A stretch of DNA of 64,000 nt, from the NCBI GenBank assembly GCA_037142615.1, contig JBAXAI010000010.1, positions 1 to 64,000 of the forward strand. The letters are read 5' to 3'. Both the position numbers and the translations under genes were made by a program. Below the pieces are notes generated by a model that made no database searches, was not told where the DNA came from, and saw only the letters and a list, made by a program, of their open reading frames with translations. The DNA is from Spirochaetales bacterium (GTDB taxonomy: Bacteria; Spirochaetota; Spirochaetia; JABEVK01). Shown one piece after another: positions 8,798-20,480 of the stretch (position 1 is its first letter; each line of letters starts with the position of its first letter).

Positions 8798-9481
8798 ATG
8801 ATTCCTTTAGCCCAGACGAAAAAACTGCTCTCTGAAGCGCAGGAAGACTACCTCAAACAAATCTACTTTTTGACCGAGGAAGCGGCGGTGGCCGGTACGC
8901 AGGCCCTGGCCGACAAGTTGAGCGTGGCGCCGGCCTCGGTCACCCTGATGATCCAGAAGCTGGCCGAGATGGAACTGGTGCACTACGAGCAGTACAAGGG
9001 CGTGCGCCTGAGCGAGAATGGCACCCGGGCCGCGCTCGAGATTCTTCGCCATCACCGTCTGCTCGAGAGTTTTTTGCAAAAGGCGCTGGGTTACGGTTGG
9101 GACGAGGTGCACGCTGAGGCCGAGAAGCTGGAGCACTACATCAGCGAAACCTTTGAAGAACGCATGGCCGACTGGCTGGGGCATCCTTCGCACGATCCGC
9201 ACGGCGACCCGATTCCCGATGCCAAGCTGGTGTTGCCCTCGGAACGGGGGGCGTTGCGCCTTGGTGACCAGGAAGAAGGCTTTCGGGGCACCATTGTGCG
9301 GGTCGGCACCCAGGACAAAGACGAGCTCAACTTGTTCCGCCAACTGGGTTTGGTTCCCGGGGTCAGCCTCGAACTCCTCGAGGTGCTCGACGAGGCGCTG
9401 CGGGTAAACTGCGAAACCGGGACGTTTCTGCTGCCGCAGACGCTGAGCAACAAGCTCCACCTGCGCCGGGAGCGGGAGTAG
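8798..9481 (+). CDS. mntR: DtxR/MntR family metal-dependent repressor with FeoA-like C-terminal domain
   Basis: EDYLKQIY, RHHRLLE, VHAEAEKLEH, DPHGDPIP; directly upstream of an Nramp gene. Confidence 0.9.
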   Translation: MIPLAQTKKLLSEAQEDYLKQIYFLTEEAAVAGTQALADKLSVAPASVTLMIQKLAEMELVHYEQYKGVRLSENGTRAALEILRHHRLLESFLQKALGYGWDEVHAEAEKLEHYISETFEERMADWLGHPSHDPHGDPIPDAKLVLPSERGALRLGDQEEGFRGTIVRVGTQDKDELNLFRQLGLVPGVSLELLEVLDEALRVNCETGTFLLPQTLSNKLHLRRERE

Positions 9482-9484
9482 CCC

Positions 9485-10750
9485 ATGAGCCCCCAGGAGA
9501 CCCGTTTTCAGGCCCGGGCCGCTGAAGCCCTCGCCGCCCCCAAGTTCCGGCTGCGGCACTTGCTGCCGTTCATCGGCCCTTCGTTCATTGCCAGCGTGGC
9601 CTACATGGACCCGGGCAACTTTGCCACCAACATTTCGGGCGGGGCCCGCTACGGTTTTGCCCTGCTGTGGGTTATTTTGGCGGCCAACCTCGCGGCCATG
9701 TTCATCCAGTATCTGTCGGCCAAGCTGGGCCTGGTGACGGGCCTCAACCTGCCCCAACTCATCCGGCAGGAAACCTCGAAGCCGGTGGCGTATTTTTACT
9801 GGATTCAGGGCGAAATCGTCGCCATGGCCACCGACCTGGCCGAGTTTCTGGGGGCAGCGCTGGCCATCCACCTGCTCGCTGGGCTCACCCTGTTCGAAGG
9901 CGCCCTGGTGGCGGGCGTGGCGAGTTACGCGCTGCTAGCGCTTCAGCGGTTCGGCTTTCGGCCGCTCGAGGCCGCCATCACTGTGCTGGTGGGCGTCATC
10001 GCGGTGTGCTATTTGGTTGAGTTGTTTCTGGTGCAGCCGTCGATGGAGTTTTGGACGGGGTTTGTGCCCGGCTTTCAGGAACCCGGCATGCTGTACATCG
10101 CGGTGGGCATTTTAGGGGCGACGGTTATGCCCCACGTCATTTATCTGCACTCGGCGCTCACGCAAAACCGGATCCCGTCGCGGGGCCCCGCCGACACCCG
10201 CAAAATGCTCAACTTCACCAAGGTCGAAATCGTGTTCGCGCTGGGCATCGCCGGCCTGATCAACATGGCCATGCTGGCCGCCGCTTCGGCCGCGTTTTTC
10301 GGCAAGGGCATGCAAAACGGCGGCGACCTGACGGTGGCCTACCAGACGCTGGTGCCTTTGTTGGGTCCGCTGGCCGGGGGTGCTTTTGCCATCGCGTTGT
10401 TGGCCTCGGGGCTGTCGAGCTCGAGCGTGGGCACCATGTCGGGCCAGGTGGTGATGGAAGGCTTCACGTCGCTGAAGCTCCCGGTGTGGATTCGGCGGCT
10501 GGTCACGATGGTGCCGGCGTTTGTCGTCATCGGGCTCGGGGCCGACCCGACGCAGTCGCTCATTCTCAGCCAGGTGGTGCTTTCGTTCGGCATTCCGTTC
10601 GCGGTGATCCCCCTGCTCCTGTACACGTCACGGGCCCGCATCATGGGCGCCTTTGCGAACAAGATCCCCACACGCCTTGCCGGGGCCGTGATCGTGGGGC
10701 TGATCGTCGGTCTCAACTTTTGGCTGTTGTATCAAGTGGCAACCGGATAA
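9485..10750 (+). CDS. mntH: Nramp family Mn2+/H+ symporter
   Basis: AYMDPGNFATN and GATVMPHVIYLHS signatures. Confidence 0.96.
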   Translation: MSPQETRFQARAAEALAAPKFRLRHLLPFIGPSFIASVAYMDPGNFATNISGGARYGFALLWVILAANLAAMFIQYLSAKLGLVTGLNLPQLIRQETSKPVAYFYWIQGEIVAMATDLAEFLGAALAIHLLAGLTLFEGALVAGVASYALLALQRFGFRPLEAAITVLVGVIAVCYLVELFLVQPSMEFWTGFVPGFQEPGMLYIAVGILGATVMPHVIYLHSALTQNRIPSRGPADTRKMLNFTKVEIVFALGIAGLINMAMLAAASAAFFGKGMQNGGDLTVAYQTLVPLLGPLAGGAFAIALLASGLSSSSVGTMSGQVVMEGFTSLKLPVWIRRLVTMVPAFVVIGLGADPTQSLILSQVVLSFGIPFAVIPLLLYTSRARIMGAFANKIPTRLAGAVIVGLIVGLNFWLLYQVATG

Positions 10751-12167
10751 GGAACTCGGTGCCGGCCTCTTCGCTGCTGGCCACCTCGACCGTGCCGCCG
10801 TGCACCTCGACGAGGGCCTTGACGATCGACAAACCCAGGCCATACCCCTTTTCGCGCATGGTCGAGCGGCTGCGCCAAAAGCGGTCGAACACCTGCGGCA
10901 GTTCCTCGGGGGGAATCACCGAGCCATGGTCGTGAACGCGCAGCAACACCCCGTCGGGGGTTGGATGTGCTCCCAGGGTCACGATGGTCTTGGGCAGCGC
11001 GTACTTGATCGCATTGTCGAGCAAGTTGAGCAGCGCCTGCTCGAGCTTGAAGCGGTCGGCGCGCAACTCCAGCTCGGGAGGGCACGATAGGTCAAGGATC
11101 ACCTGCCGCGATTCGGCCAGCTTTTCCACCTGAGCCAGCAGGTCGTCCAGACAATCGTGCAACCGGAACACCGTCGGGTCAAAGTGCATCTCCTGCGCGT
11201 CGAAGCGGGCCAGCTTGAGCAGGTTTTCGACGATAGCGGCCATGCGTTCCACCTCTTCGAGCGAACTGGCCAAAATCTGTTCGTAGTCACCGGCGCTCCG
11301 CTTCTTCTTCAGCGCCACTTCAAGCTCGCCGCGCATCACCGCCAGCGGGGTCTTCATCTGGTGGCTGAGGTCTTCGAACACGCGCCGCTGCTGGTCGAAG
11401 CTCACCTCGATGCGGGTCATCATGGCGTTGAAGGCCACCGAAAGGTCGCGGGTCTCGGTTTCGCGGAAGGCGTTGGGGTCGAACGGGGTGCGAACGCCCG
11501 TCCCTCCGGTGTGCCGCAGCCCTTCCATGAAGCGCCCTACCCCGCGCAGCGAACGTTTGATCAGGCCAAACTCCAAGAGCGCTCCAACGATCAGAAACAG
11601 CGGCAAAAAGATCCAGATCACCACCTGCAGACTGGCCAGCGGCTCCTCGATCTTGCGGTTCTCGAGCGCCGTTTGAATGATGTAGTCCTGCCGGCGCGTG
11701 CTGACGTAGTTCATCAGGCTTTCGACCGAAATATCAAAGCCGATAAAGTTCTGGATCGTCGTGTTCTGCGAAAGGGTCTTGTTTTTTTTGAGGTCAGCCA
11801 GCAGGTCCTTGCTGATTTTGACCTCTTCCAGGTCTTTGCGGTTGCTGGCGATCAGGGTGCCGTCGGGCTTGTAGATGCGAACGATGAGGCCCATCAGCAG
11901 GTTGCTGTTGGTGCCGCTGTTGATCCAGTCCTTGGCGGCCTGGGTGAAGTTCTGCTCGGTTTCGACGGTGCGCTTGTAGAACAGCCAGTACACGTTGATC
12001 GAGTCTTCCAACCCTTCGCTCTTGGTGCGCAGCAAGGCGTCGGTGTCGGAATACAAGGCCAGCTGAAACCGGTTGATCACAAACGCCGAGAACACGGTCA
12101 TGAGCGCCAGGAGCAGCACGGTCAGTTGCCACGTGAGCGTGAAACGGATGCTCCTATTGCGTGCCAA
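10713..12167 (-). CDS. HAMP/HisKA sensor histidine kinase (CusS/CzcS-like)
   Basis: Two TM helices, DLSHQMKTPL H-box, NLLDNAIKY, DHG, GYGLGLSI. Confidence 0.9.
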   Translation of the reverse strand: MARNRSIRFTLTWQLTVLLLALMTVFSAFVINRFQLALYSDTDALLRTKSEGLEDSINVYWLFYKRTVETEQNFTQAAKDWINSGTNSNLLMGLIVRIYKPDGTLIASNRKDLEEVKISKDLLADLKKNKTLSQNTTIQNFIGFDISVESLMNYVSTRRQDYIIQTALENRKIEEPLASLQVVIWIFLPLFLIVGALLEFGLIKRSLRGVGRFMEGLRHTGGTGVRTPFDPNAFRETETRDLSVAFNAMMTRIEVSFDQQRRVFEDLSHQMKTPLAVMRGELEVALKKKRSAGDYEQILASSLEEVERMAAIVENLLKLARFDAQEMHFDPTVFRLHDCLDDLLAQVEKLAESRQVILDLSCPPELELRADRFKLEQALLNLLDNAIKYALPKTIVTLGAHPTPDGVLLRVHDHGSVIPPEELPQVFDRFWRSRSTMREKGYGLGLSIVKALVEVHGGTVEVASSEEAGTEFLIRLPLDTTAKS

Positions 12168-12846
12168 GCGTGTACCCGCTGCCCCTCACCGTCTGGATGA
12201 GCTTGAGGTCAAAGTCGTGGTCGATCTTTTTGCGCAGGCGGTTGATGTGCACGTCGATCACGTTGGTCGTGGTGTCAAAGTGGATGTCCCACACCTTTTC
12301 GCTGATTTCCATGCGGCTGAGCACTTTGCCCGCGTTTTCCATCAGAAACTGCAGCAGGGCGAACTCTTTTGTCGAAAGGTCGATGTGCTGGCCCGAACGT
12401 TCCACGCGTCGCTGCTTGGTGTCGAGCACCAGGTCGGCGATGCGCAGACTCGTGTCGGCCCTCTGCTGGGCCTTGCGCAGCAGTGACCGGCAGCGGGCCA
12501 GAAACTCCTCAAAGGCGAAGGGTTTGGTCAGGTAGTCATCGGCGCCCAAATCCAGACCCAGAACCTTGTCGTTCACGCTGTCGCGGGCCGTCAGAAAAAT
12601 GATCGGGAGCTGCCGCCCTTGGGCCCGGAGTTGGCGACACACCTCCATCCCGTCGAGCTCGGGGAGCATGATGTCGAGCACCAGGAGGTTCCAAGGCACA
12701 CCGGCGCTGGTACCGGCCAGGGCCAGCTCGAGCCCCGCCCGCCCGTCGTGCGCGCATTCCACGTGGTAGCCCTCTTCGGCCAGCCCCTTAAGCAGGAAAC
12801 TGGCGATTTTGGCCTCATCTTCGACAATGAGGATGTTGCGATTCAT
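12154..12846 (-). CDS. OmpR-family response regulator
   Basis: ILIVEDE, LDIMLP, GADDYLTKPF, VIDVHINRLRKK, IQTVRGSGY; promoter TTGACA-N17-CACACT-N6-ATG. Confidence 0.94.
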   Translation of the reverse strand: MNRNILIVEDEAKIASFLLKGLAEEGYHVECAHDGRAGLELALAGTSAGVPWNLLVLDIMLPELDGMEVCRQLRAQGRQLPIIFLTARDSVNDKVLGLDLGADDYLTKPFAFEEFLARCRSLLRKAQQRADTSLRIADLVLDTKQRRVERSGQHIDLSTKEFALLQFLMENAGKVLSRMEISEKVWDIHFDTTTNVIDVHINRLRKKIDHDFDLKLIQTVRGSGYTLGTQ

Positions 12847-12954
12847 GCCGTCAGTGTGGGCGTGTCCACCGGGCTTGTCAACTTGGTGCACCGCGAAGCT
12901 CGGGCTAACCACAAGCCCGTTGGCCGGCGCCCTCTGGGGTGTCGTTCTTTTGGC

Positions 12955-14253
12955 TTACGCCGGATTCGCTCGCACTCGTTCGAGAACCTCGTCGAGCAAC
13001 CCGGCATCGAACAGAAGATCGAGCACCGAATAGCGGTCGCGGATCATCTGGGCGCGGTGGGCGGTTTGCAGGGCATAGTCGCGGGTCAGGCCGATGGCCT
13101 CGGCGGTCACGGGGCACCCGGCAGCGGCCATGGCGGTGCGCAATTCGGCGTAGGGGATGAGCTGGCTTCGCAGCCGGTCTCGCAGTTGGGGCCACGCGTC
13201 GCGCACCAGGCTGAGGCGACGCTGCGCCGTTTCGGCGGAAAGTTTCGACACCGACACCTGGACGGCTCCGTTCACGGCACCCTCGGCGGCAGCGGATCCG
13301 CTAAATGAACGCCTCACCTCGCGCTCTCGGTCTTGGGTTGACGGGAAGGGGCCGGTTCGCTCGGGAAGGCTGGGCAGTTCGAGAACCGCCTCGTAAACGG
13401 CCGTGGCGATCAGGGTGCCGATGGCCACCTTGTGCCCATGGGTGACGGGTCGCCCCCCTACCTGCAGGTCTTCCATTTCCCAAATGTGGCTGAACAAGTG
13501 CTCGCAGCCCGAAACCGGTCGTGAACTTTTGGTCAACTGCATGGCAAAGCCCGTCAGGGCCAATCCTCGAAACAGCGTCAACGGCTCGGGGTTCTGCAAG
13601 ATGGTGCGCAGCTCCTGTTGGGTCAAACGGTAGGCAAACCCGTGCAGGGGGTCGGCTCCTGCCGCGTCGGCCAGCAACCAGTCGGCGCCGGCAATGAGCT
13701 TACTCGCGAGGTCACCGTAGCCAGAACTGGTCAGGTACGCCGGTGCACCAGCCAAGACTTCCGTGTCGGCGAAAACGGCCAGGGGCGCCGCGCAGGCAAG
13801 GGTCTGCTTGAACCCATCCTTGAGGATGGCGGCGCCCGACGAGGTGTAACCGTCTACCGAAGCCGCCGTGGGAACGCAAACGTAGGGGCGCCCCAACTCG
13901 GCGGCGGCCCGCTTGACCAGGTCGTTGAGGGTACCCGAACCCACTGCCACGGGAACAGCGTCGCTTTGGGCCAGCCGCTCACGGATGCGCTCGATCCAGG
14001 CATAGTCCGCATGGAGGAACGGTGGCACCTCGATCACGAGCGAGGGTTCCAGAACGACCCCTGCCTTCCGCAGGGCCGCCTCGACAGGAGCACCGGCTAC
14101 CTCACGCGTGTCCGACACCCCTATCACCAGCGCAGAACGACCAGGAAACTGGGTCCGCACGAACTCCCCTACCAAGCCCAGGGCGCCGAGGCCTTCGTGA
14201 TAAATTTTGGTCTCGGTGGCCGAGGCGATGGCCAGCTCAAGGAGGGTTGACAT
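12955..14253 (-). CDS. sn-glycerol-1-phosphate dehydrogenase (AraM/EgsA family)
   Basis: GSGTLNDLVK, PTAASVDGYTS, SGCEHLFSH, HGHKVAIG. Confidence 0.85.
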   Translation of the reverse strand: MSTLLELAIASATETKIYHEGLGALGLVGEFVRTQFPGRSALVIGVSDTREVAGAPVEAALRKAGVVLEPSLVIEVPPFLHADYAWIERIRERLAQSDAVPVAVGSGTLNDLVKRAAAELGRPYVCVPTAASVDGYTSSGAAILKDGFKQTLACAAPLAVFADTEVLAGAPAYLTSSGYGDLASKLIAGADWLLADAAGADPLHGFAYRLTQQELRTILQNPEPLTLFRGLALTGFAMQLTKSSRPVSGCEHLFSHIWEMEDLQVGGRPVTHGHKVAIGTLIATAVYEAVLELPSLPERTGPFPSTQDREREVRRSFSGSAAAEGAVNGAVQVSVSKLSAETAQRRLSLVRDAWPQLRDRLRSQLIPYAELRTAMAAAGCPVTAEAIGLTRDYALQTAHRAQMIRDRYSVLDLLFDAGLLDEVLERVRANPA

Positions 14254-14258
14254 CGGAC

Positions 14259-14726
14259 TCAGCCGAACTGGACTACCGTGAAACGACCCAAAGGAGTGTC
14301 GACGGCCGTCGCAGAAAGCTCGAGTTCGAGGTACTTGCCGTTGGTTTGGATCACAACAGCGTAGCTCTGGGCACGGTTGATTCGCACGGCCGTCTGAATG
14401 GTTCGGAGGGCCAAGCAATTGCCGCACTCGGCGGCAGTGCCACAGCCGAGAAGGGTGCGTTCGGCCACCTCGCAGTGCAACAGCTCACCGGGGCGCTTGC
14501 CGATGACGTCGGAAAACGCAGCCCCCCCCAACAACCGCAACAGGGCCGAGTTGGCGATCACCACCTGACGCTCGGCGTTCAGAATGGCGAGGGGCACGTC
14601 CTGCCGACTGAATACGTCCTTCCATTCGGACAGGTTGGTGAGGTGGTGATACTGCTGTTGCAGCGTTTCGGCCGACACTACTTCGGCGGGCGCGAAGGCG
14701 GTCTTGAAGTTCAAGAGTTGCTCCAC
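14259..14726 (-). CDS. Stand-alone Cys-containing PAS-like domain protein
   Basis: ILNAERQVVIAN...GKRPGELLHC...GCGTAAECGNC; resembles the sensor domain of histidine kinases but ends with no kinase. Confidence 0.6.
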   Translation of the reverse strand: MEQLLNFKTAFAPAEVVSAETLQQQYHHLTNLSEWKDVFSRQDVPLAILNAERQVVIANSALLRLLGGAAFSDVIGKRPGELLHCEVAERTLLGCGTAAECGNCLALRTIQTAVRINRAQSYAVVIQTNGKYLELELSATAVDTPLGRFTVVQFG

Positions 14727-14782
14727 TTTTCAGTCTAGACCGGATTGCCCCGAAGCGCCAGAAGGCTTATGGTGGGATTCCG

Positions 14783-15787
14783 ATGATGCGGCTGACCTTG
14801 CTCACTTTTCTTTGGCTTTTCGGGCTGGTTTGCCCTGTTGTTGCGGTGCCTGGTTTAGAAGAAACTTGGGGCTATCTAGACTCCGGCGACCGCGCGGCGC
14901 TGCGGCCCGACCTGCCGCTCACCGATGTGGCGGTGTTCGCGGCCTCGATCAACAGCCGGGGTCAACTGGTCGATGTTCCGGCCGTTCCTGCACGGATGCC
15001 CGCCGGCGCGCGTCGTCACCTGGTGGTTGCCGAATTGGCCAACTTTGCCCTCAGTCACTTTGTGCTCGACCCCGTGTATCCGCTGCGCGACAAACTGGTC
15101 GCTGATCTGGTCGCGGCAGCCTCGCCTTACGAGGGCGTGCAAGTCGATTTTGAGTCGGTGGCGCGTCTCGACAAGGCCAACTACCTGCAGTTTCTCACGC
15201 GACTGAAGCGCGGACTGGGCAAAAAAACGCTGAGCGTGGCCGTCCCGGCCCGGTGGAAGGCCGTTGACGACGCCCAGGACTACGCTGCCATCGCGAAAAT
15301 CGCCGACCGCGTGGTTGTGATGGCCTACGACGAGCATTGGAGCACCAGCGCGCCGGGAGCGATCAGCTCGGTGGAATGGGCCTCGAAAGTGGCGACGTAC
15401 GCGCTGCGCCTGCTGGGCCCCGAAAAGGCGGTTCTCGGCTTGCCGTTTTATGGTCGTGCGTGGGCGGAACAGAATCCGGCCGGGGGCTACCGGTACTCGG
15501 GGGTGCAGCGGCTGCTCGGGGAAGCAGCCCTGAGCCCCGGGCGCGACGAGGGCGGGGTTCCGAACTTTCAGTTTACGCGGCCTGTCAACTACACGGTGTG
15601 GTTTGAAGACGCCGTGTCACTCGACATCAAGACCAGTCTGTACCTTCAGGTGGGAGTGCGCAAAGTTGCGTTCTGGCGCCTGGGGCAGGAAGATCCGGCC
15701 GTGTGGGCCGTGGTGCAAAAAAAACGGGGCGTACCCGACCTTGCGGACACACCCCGATACTTGCTGCGCCAAAGCGCAGCCAACTAA
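14783..15787 (+). CDS. Secreted GH18 family (YdhD/chitinase-like) hydrolase
   Basis: Signal peptide; EGVQVDFE catalytic motif, VMAYDEH, LGLPFYG, FWRLGQED. Confidence 0.88.
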   Translation: MMRLTLLTFLWLFGLVCPVVAVPGLEETWGYLDSGDRAALRPDLPLTDVAVFAASINSRGQLVDVPAVPARMPAGARRHLVVAELANFALSHFVLDPVYPLRDKLVADLVAAASPYEGVQVDFESVARLDKANYLQFLTRLKRGLGKKTLSVAVPARWKAVDDAQDYAAIAKIADRVVVMAYDEHWSTSAPGAISSVEWASKVATYALRLLGPEKAVLGLPFYGRAWAEQNPAGGYRYSGVQRLLGEAALSPGRDEGGVPNFQFTRPVNYTVWFEDAVSLDIKTSLYLQVGVRKVAFWRLGQEDPAVWAVVQKKRGVPDLADTPRYLLRQSAAN

Positions 15788-15802
15788 TTCGCCAGAAACA
15801 AC

Positions 15803-16987
15803 TTAGCGCTTGACGCGGCGGGTTGCCACGTCGAAGATGACGGCCAGGGCCAACACACCACCGCGGATGATGTACTGCAACGATTCGTCGACGCCCATCA
15901 GGTTCATGCCGTTGCGCAGCGACATGTACACAATGGCACCCACCACGGAACCCGTGACCTTGCCCACCCCGCCGGCAGCCGACACACCGCCGATATAGGC
16001 GGCGGCGATGGCGTCGAGCTCGAGCATGGCGCCTGCCGAGGGCCCGGCCGACTGCAAACGCGAGGCCAGCAAGATGCCAGCCACAGCGGTGAGGAGTCCC
16101 ATCGAACCGAACACCAGCATCGTGATCTTGCTCACACTGATACCCGACAGCTCCGCCGCCTCGGGGTTACCACCCACGGCATAGATGTGGCGACCGATCA
16201 CGGTTTGCCGGGCAATCCAGTCGTACACCCCCACCACGAACAGCATGATGACGATGGTCCAGCCCATGCCGTTGTTGGCGGCCAAGGTCCAGGTGACGTA
16301 ACCGATGGCCACCGAAATCAGGGCCAGCTTGATGATCTGCATGTCGAGCGGAATAACCTCGAAGTTATACGACTTCTTGATCTTGCGGGCCCGGAAGTCG
16401 GCGTAGATGAACCACGCAATCGCCACGACGCCGATGACCAGCGTCAGGATGTGCAAGCCGGGGAGGAGCGCGTCCTTGGCAAATAGGTCGGGAATCTTGC
16501 CGTTGCTGAGCGCCACGAAGGTCGGGTCGCTGATGTTGAGCGTACCGGTCGAGGTGGTGGACTTCAACAACAGGCCGCGGTAGATCAACCAGCCGGCCAG
16601 CGAGGCCACGAACGAAGGGATGCCCAGTTTGGCGACCGGCAACGAGGTCAGCAGTCCGGCCAAAACGCCGACGACGAGAACCCCGGGGACAACCAGCCAA
16701 ACCGGCAGGTGGAACGTGGTCAGGCCAATGGCCGCGACGGCGCCCAAAAAGCCGGCCAAAAAGCCGACCGAGAGGTCAATGTGGCGTATGACGATGACCA
16801 GCGTCATGCCAACCGCCAGAACCGCGATGTACCCGGTCTGGTTCATCAGGTTGGCGATGTTTCCCGGCAACAAAAAGAGCCCGCCGGTGGTGATTTCGAA
16901 GATCAGCATGATGACGAACAGGGCGATGTACATGCCGTACTCGCGGATGTTCTGGTTCAACGCTTTTTGCAGGTCTTTGACAGTCAT
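15803..16987 (-). CDS. Sugar ABC transporter permease (GguB/MmsB/XylH-like)
   Basis: HIDLSVG, GRHIYAVGGNPEAAELSGI, ELDAIAAAYIGG. Confidence 0.9.
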   Translation of the reverse strand: MTVKDLQKALNQNIREYGMYIALFVIMLIFEITTGGLFLLPGNIANLMNQTGYIAVLAVGMTLVIVIRHIDLSVGFLAGFLGAVAAIGLTTFHLPVWLVVPGVLVVGVLAGLLTSLPVAKLGIPSFVASLAGWLIYRGLLLKSTTSTGTLNISDPTFVALSNGKIPDLFAKDALLPGLHILTLVIGVVAIAWFIYADFRARKIKKSYNFEVIPLDMQIIKLALISVAIGYVTWTLAANNGMGWTIVIMLFVVGVYDWIARQTVIGRHIYAVGGNPEAAELSGISVSKITMLVFGSMGLLTAVAGILLASRLQSAGPSAGAMLELDAIAAAYIGGVSAAGGVGKVTGSVVGAIVYMSLRNGMNLMGVDESLQYIIRGGVLALAVIFDVATRRVKR

Positions 16988-17013
16988 GGGTGTTTACTCC
17001 TGGATTCCTGGGG

Positions 17014-18534
<1,521 letters not shown>

Positions 18535-18588
18535 AGGACCTCAAACTCTCATCATAGACCGATTCATACCCGTCAACAAGGGCGGTTT

Positions 18589-20373
18589 TCAACGTTCGAC
18601 GACCCGGAGGCCCAGTTCTTTGAGTTGGGCCTCATCGACCGCCGCCGGACTGTCGTCGAGCGGGCTGGCGCCGAGGGTATTCTTGGGAAAGGCGATCACC
18701 TCGCGGATCGATTCCTGCTGGCACATGATCATCACGAGGCGGTCGAGCCCGGGCGCAATCCCGCCGTGGGGGGGCGGGCCGTACTGAAAAGCCTCGAGCA
18801 GAAAGCCAAAGCGTTCCTTGGCCACGGCCTCGGGGAAGCCCACCGTGTTGAACACGCGCTGCTGGATCACCGGATCGTGGATGCGGATGGAGCCCGAGGC
18901 GAGTTCGAACCCGTTGCATACGAGGTCGTACAAGTCGCCCTTCACCGGACCCGGGTCGGTGTCGAAGGTGTCGAGGTACTGCGCCTGTGGCATGGTGAAC
19001 ATGTGGTGCGCCGGTTCCCACGCTCCGGTTTCGGCGTTTTGCTCAAACATCGGAAAATCGACGATCCATGCAAACGCAAACTCGCCGGCCTTGGCCAGGC
19101 CCAGCTCGCGGCCGGCCCGCACGCGCACCGCACCCAGGCTGGCGTTGGCCACCTTGGGCTGGTCGGCCACCAACAGAATCACGTCGCCCACGGCGGCCTC
19201 GAGCTCGCGCAAAATGCCCTCGCTCATGCTGGCAAAGAACTTGGCGACGCCCGTGTCGAGCGTCGGCTTGCCGTCGGCCCCGGCGATGACCTTCATGTAC
19301 GCCAGGCCCTTGGCTCCGAACACCTTGGCGGCGTCTTCCCATTCGGTGATTTTTTTGCGGCTGGCAAACTCGGCCCCGCCCTTCACCACCAGCGCCTTGA
19401 CGATGCCACCGGCCTCGAGCACGCTTTCGAACGCGCCAAACCCACAACCGGGCACAAACACGCTGAAGTTCTTCAGGGGCATGCCGAAGCGCAGTTCGGG
19501 CTTGTCGCTGCCGTACAGTTCCATGGAAACGTCATAGGGGATGCGCTGGAACGGCGTCTTAAGCTCGTAGCCAATCCCGTCGGCGAAGACTTTTTTCATC
19601 AGGCCCTCGATGAGGGTGTACACGTCTTCGGCGGTCACGAAGCTCATCTCGATGTCGATCTGGGTGAACTCGGGCTGGCGGTCGCCACGGGCGTCTTCGT
19701 CGCGGTAGCAGCGGGCGATCTGAAAGTACTTGTCCAGGCCGCTGACCATGAGCAGCTGTTTGTACAGTTGGGGGCTTTGCGGCAGGGCGTAAAACTTGCC
19801 CTGGTTGACGCGGCTGGGCACCAAAAAGTCGCGGGCGCCCTCGGGTGTGCTTTTGATCAGCGTGGGGGTTTCGAGTTCGGGAAACCCCAGACCGTGCAGG
19901 TATTGGCGGGTGGCCCAGGTGACCTTGTCGCGCAGAAGAATCCGGTCCCTCATGCCGTTGGAACGCAGGTCGAGGTAACGGTACTGCAGTCGCAGGGTCT
20001 CGTTGGCCTTGTTGTCGTCTTCGATGGGGAACGGAAGGGCCGGAGCGGTGGAGAGCACCTGCACCTGGGTGGCAACCACTTCGATGTCGCCGGTGGCCAT
20101 TTTGGGGTTGCGCATGCTGTCGGGGCGGGCCTTCACGGTGCCGGTGACGGCCACGCAGAACTCGCTCTTAAGGCCGGCTACCTGGTCGAGGAGACCGGCG
20201 GGTGAGCGTTCGTCGATGACCACCTGCGTGGTGCCGTAGCGGTCGCGCAGCGTGATGAAAGCCACGCCACCCTGGTTGCGGAAGCGGTGGACCCAGCCGT
20301 TGAGGACGACCGGGGTGTCAGCCTGGGCGAGGGTCAGGGCGCCACAGGTCAAGGTGCGTTGAGGAAACAACAT
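18589..20373 (-). CDS. aspS: Aspartate--tRNA ligase
   Basis: LRDRYG OB-fold, RYLDLR, TPEGARDF, ALPQSPQLYKQ, DRQPEFTQID, PPHGGIAPGLDR; start 6 nt after TATTCT. Confidence 0.97.
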   Translation of the reverse strand: MLFPQRTLTCGALTLAQADTPVVLNGWVHRFRNQGGVAFITLRDRYGTTQVVIDERSPAGLLDQVAGLKSEFCVAVTGTVKARPDSMRNPKMATGDIEVVATQVQVLSTAPALPFPIEDDNKANETLRLQYRYLDLRSNGMRDRILLRDKVTWATRQYLHGLGFPELETPTLIKSTPEGARDFLVPSRVNQGKFYALPQSPQLYKQLLMVSGLDKYFQIARCYRDEDARGDRQPEFTQIDIEMSFVTAEDVYTLIEGLMKKVFADGIGYELKTPFQRIPYDVSMELYGSDKPELRFGMPLKNFSVFVPGCGFGAFESVLEAGGIVKALVVKGGAEFASRKKITEWEDAAKVFGAKGLAYMKVIAGADGKPTLDTGVAKFFASMSEGILRELEAAVGDVILLVADQPKVANASLGAVRVRAGRELGLAKAGEFAFAWIVDFPMFEQNAETGAWEPAHHMFTMPQAQYLDTFDTDPGPVKGDLYDLVCNGFELASGSIRIHDPVIQQRVFNTVGFPEAVAKERFGFLLEAFQYGPPPHGGIAPGLDRLVMIMCQQESIREVIAFPKNTLGASPLDDSPAAVDEAQLKELGLRVVER

Positions 20374-20480
20374 GGTGCCAGAATAGCCGAAAACAGGCCA
20401 CCTCCTCAACGGGAACCAGGGTCAAGCTCCCCTTGCCACGAAACGGCGGGAGGCAGACAATGGAGGCGCGAGGAGTCACC

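Noticed and set aside
8700-8800. Manganese (yybP-ykoY) riboswitch upstream of mntR-mntH
   Set aside because: There is no room for a leader: the -10 box lies 6 nt from the ATG, and the DtxR-type operator explains the control.
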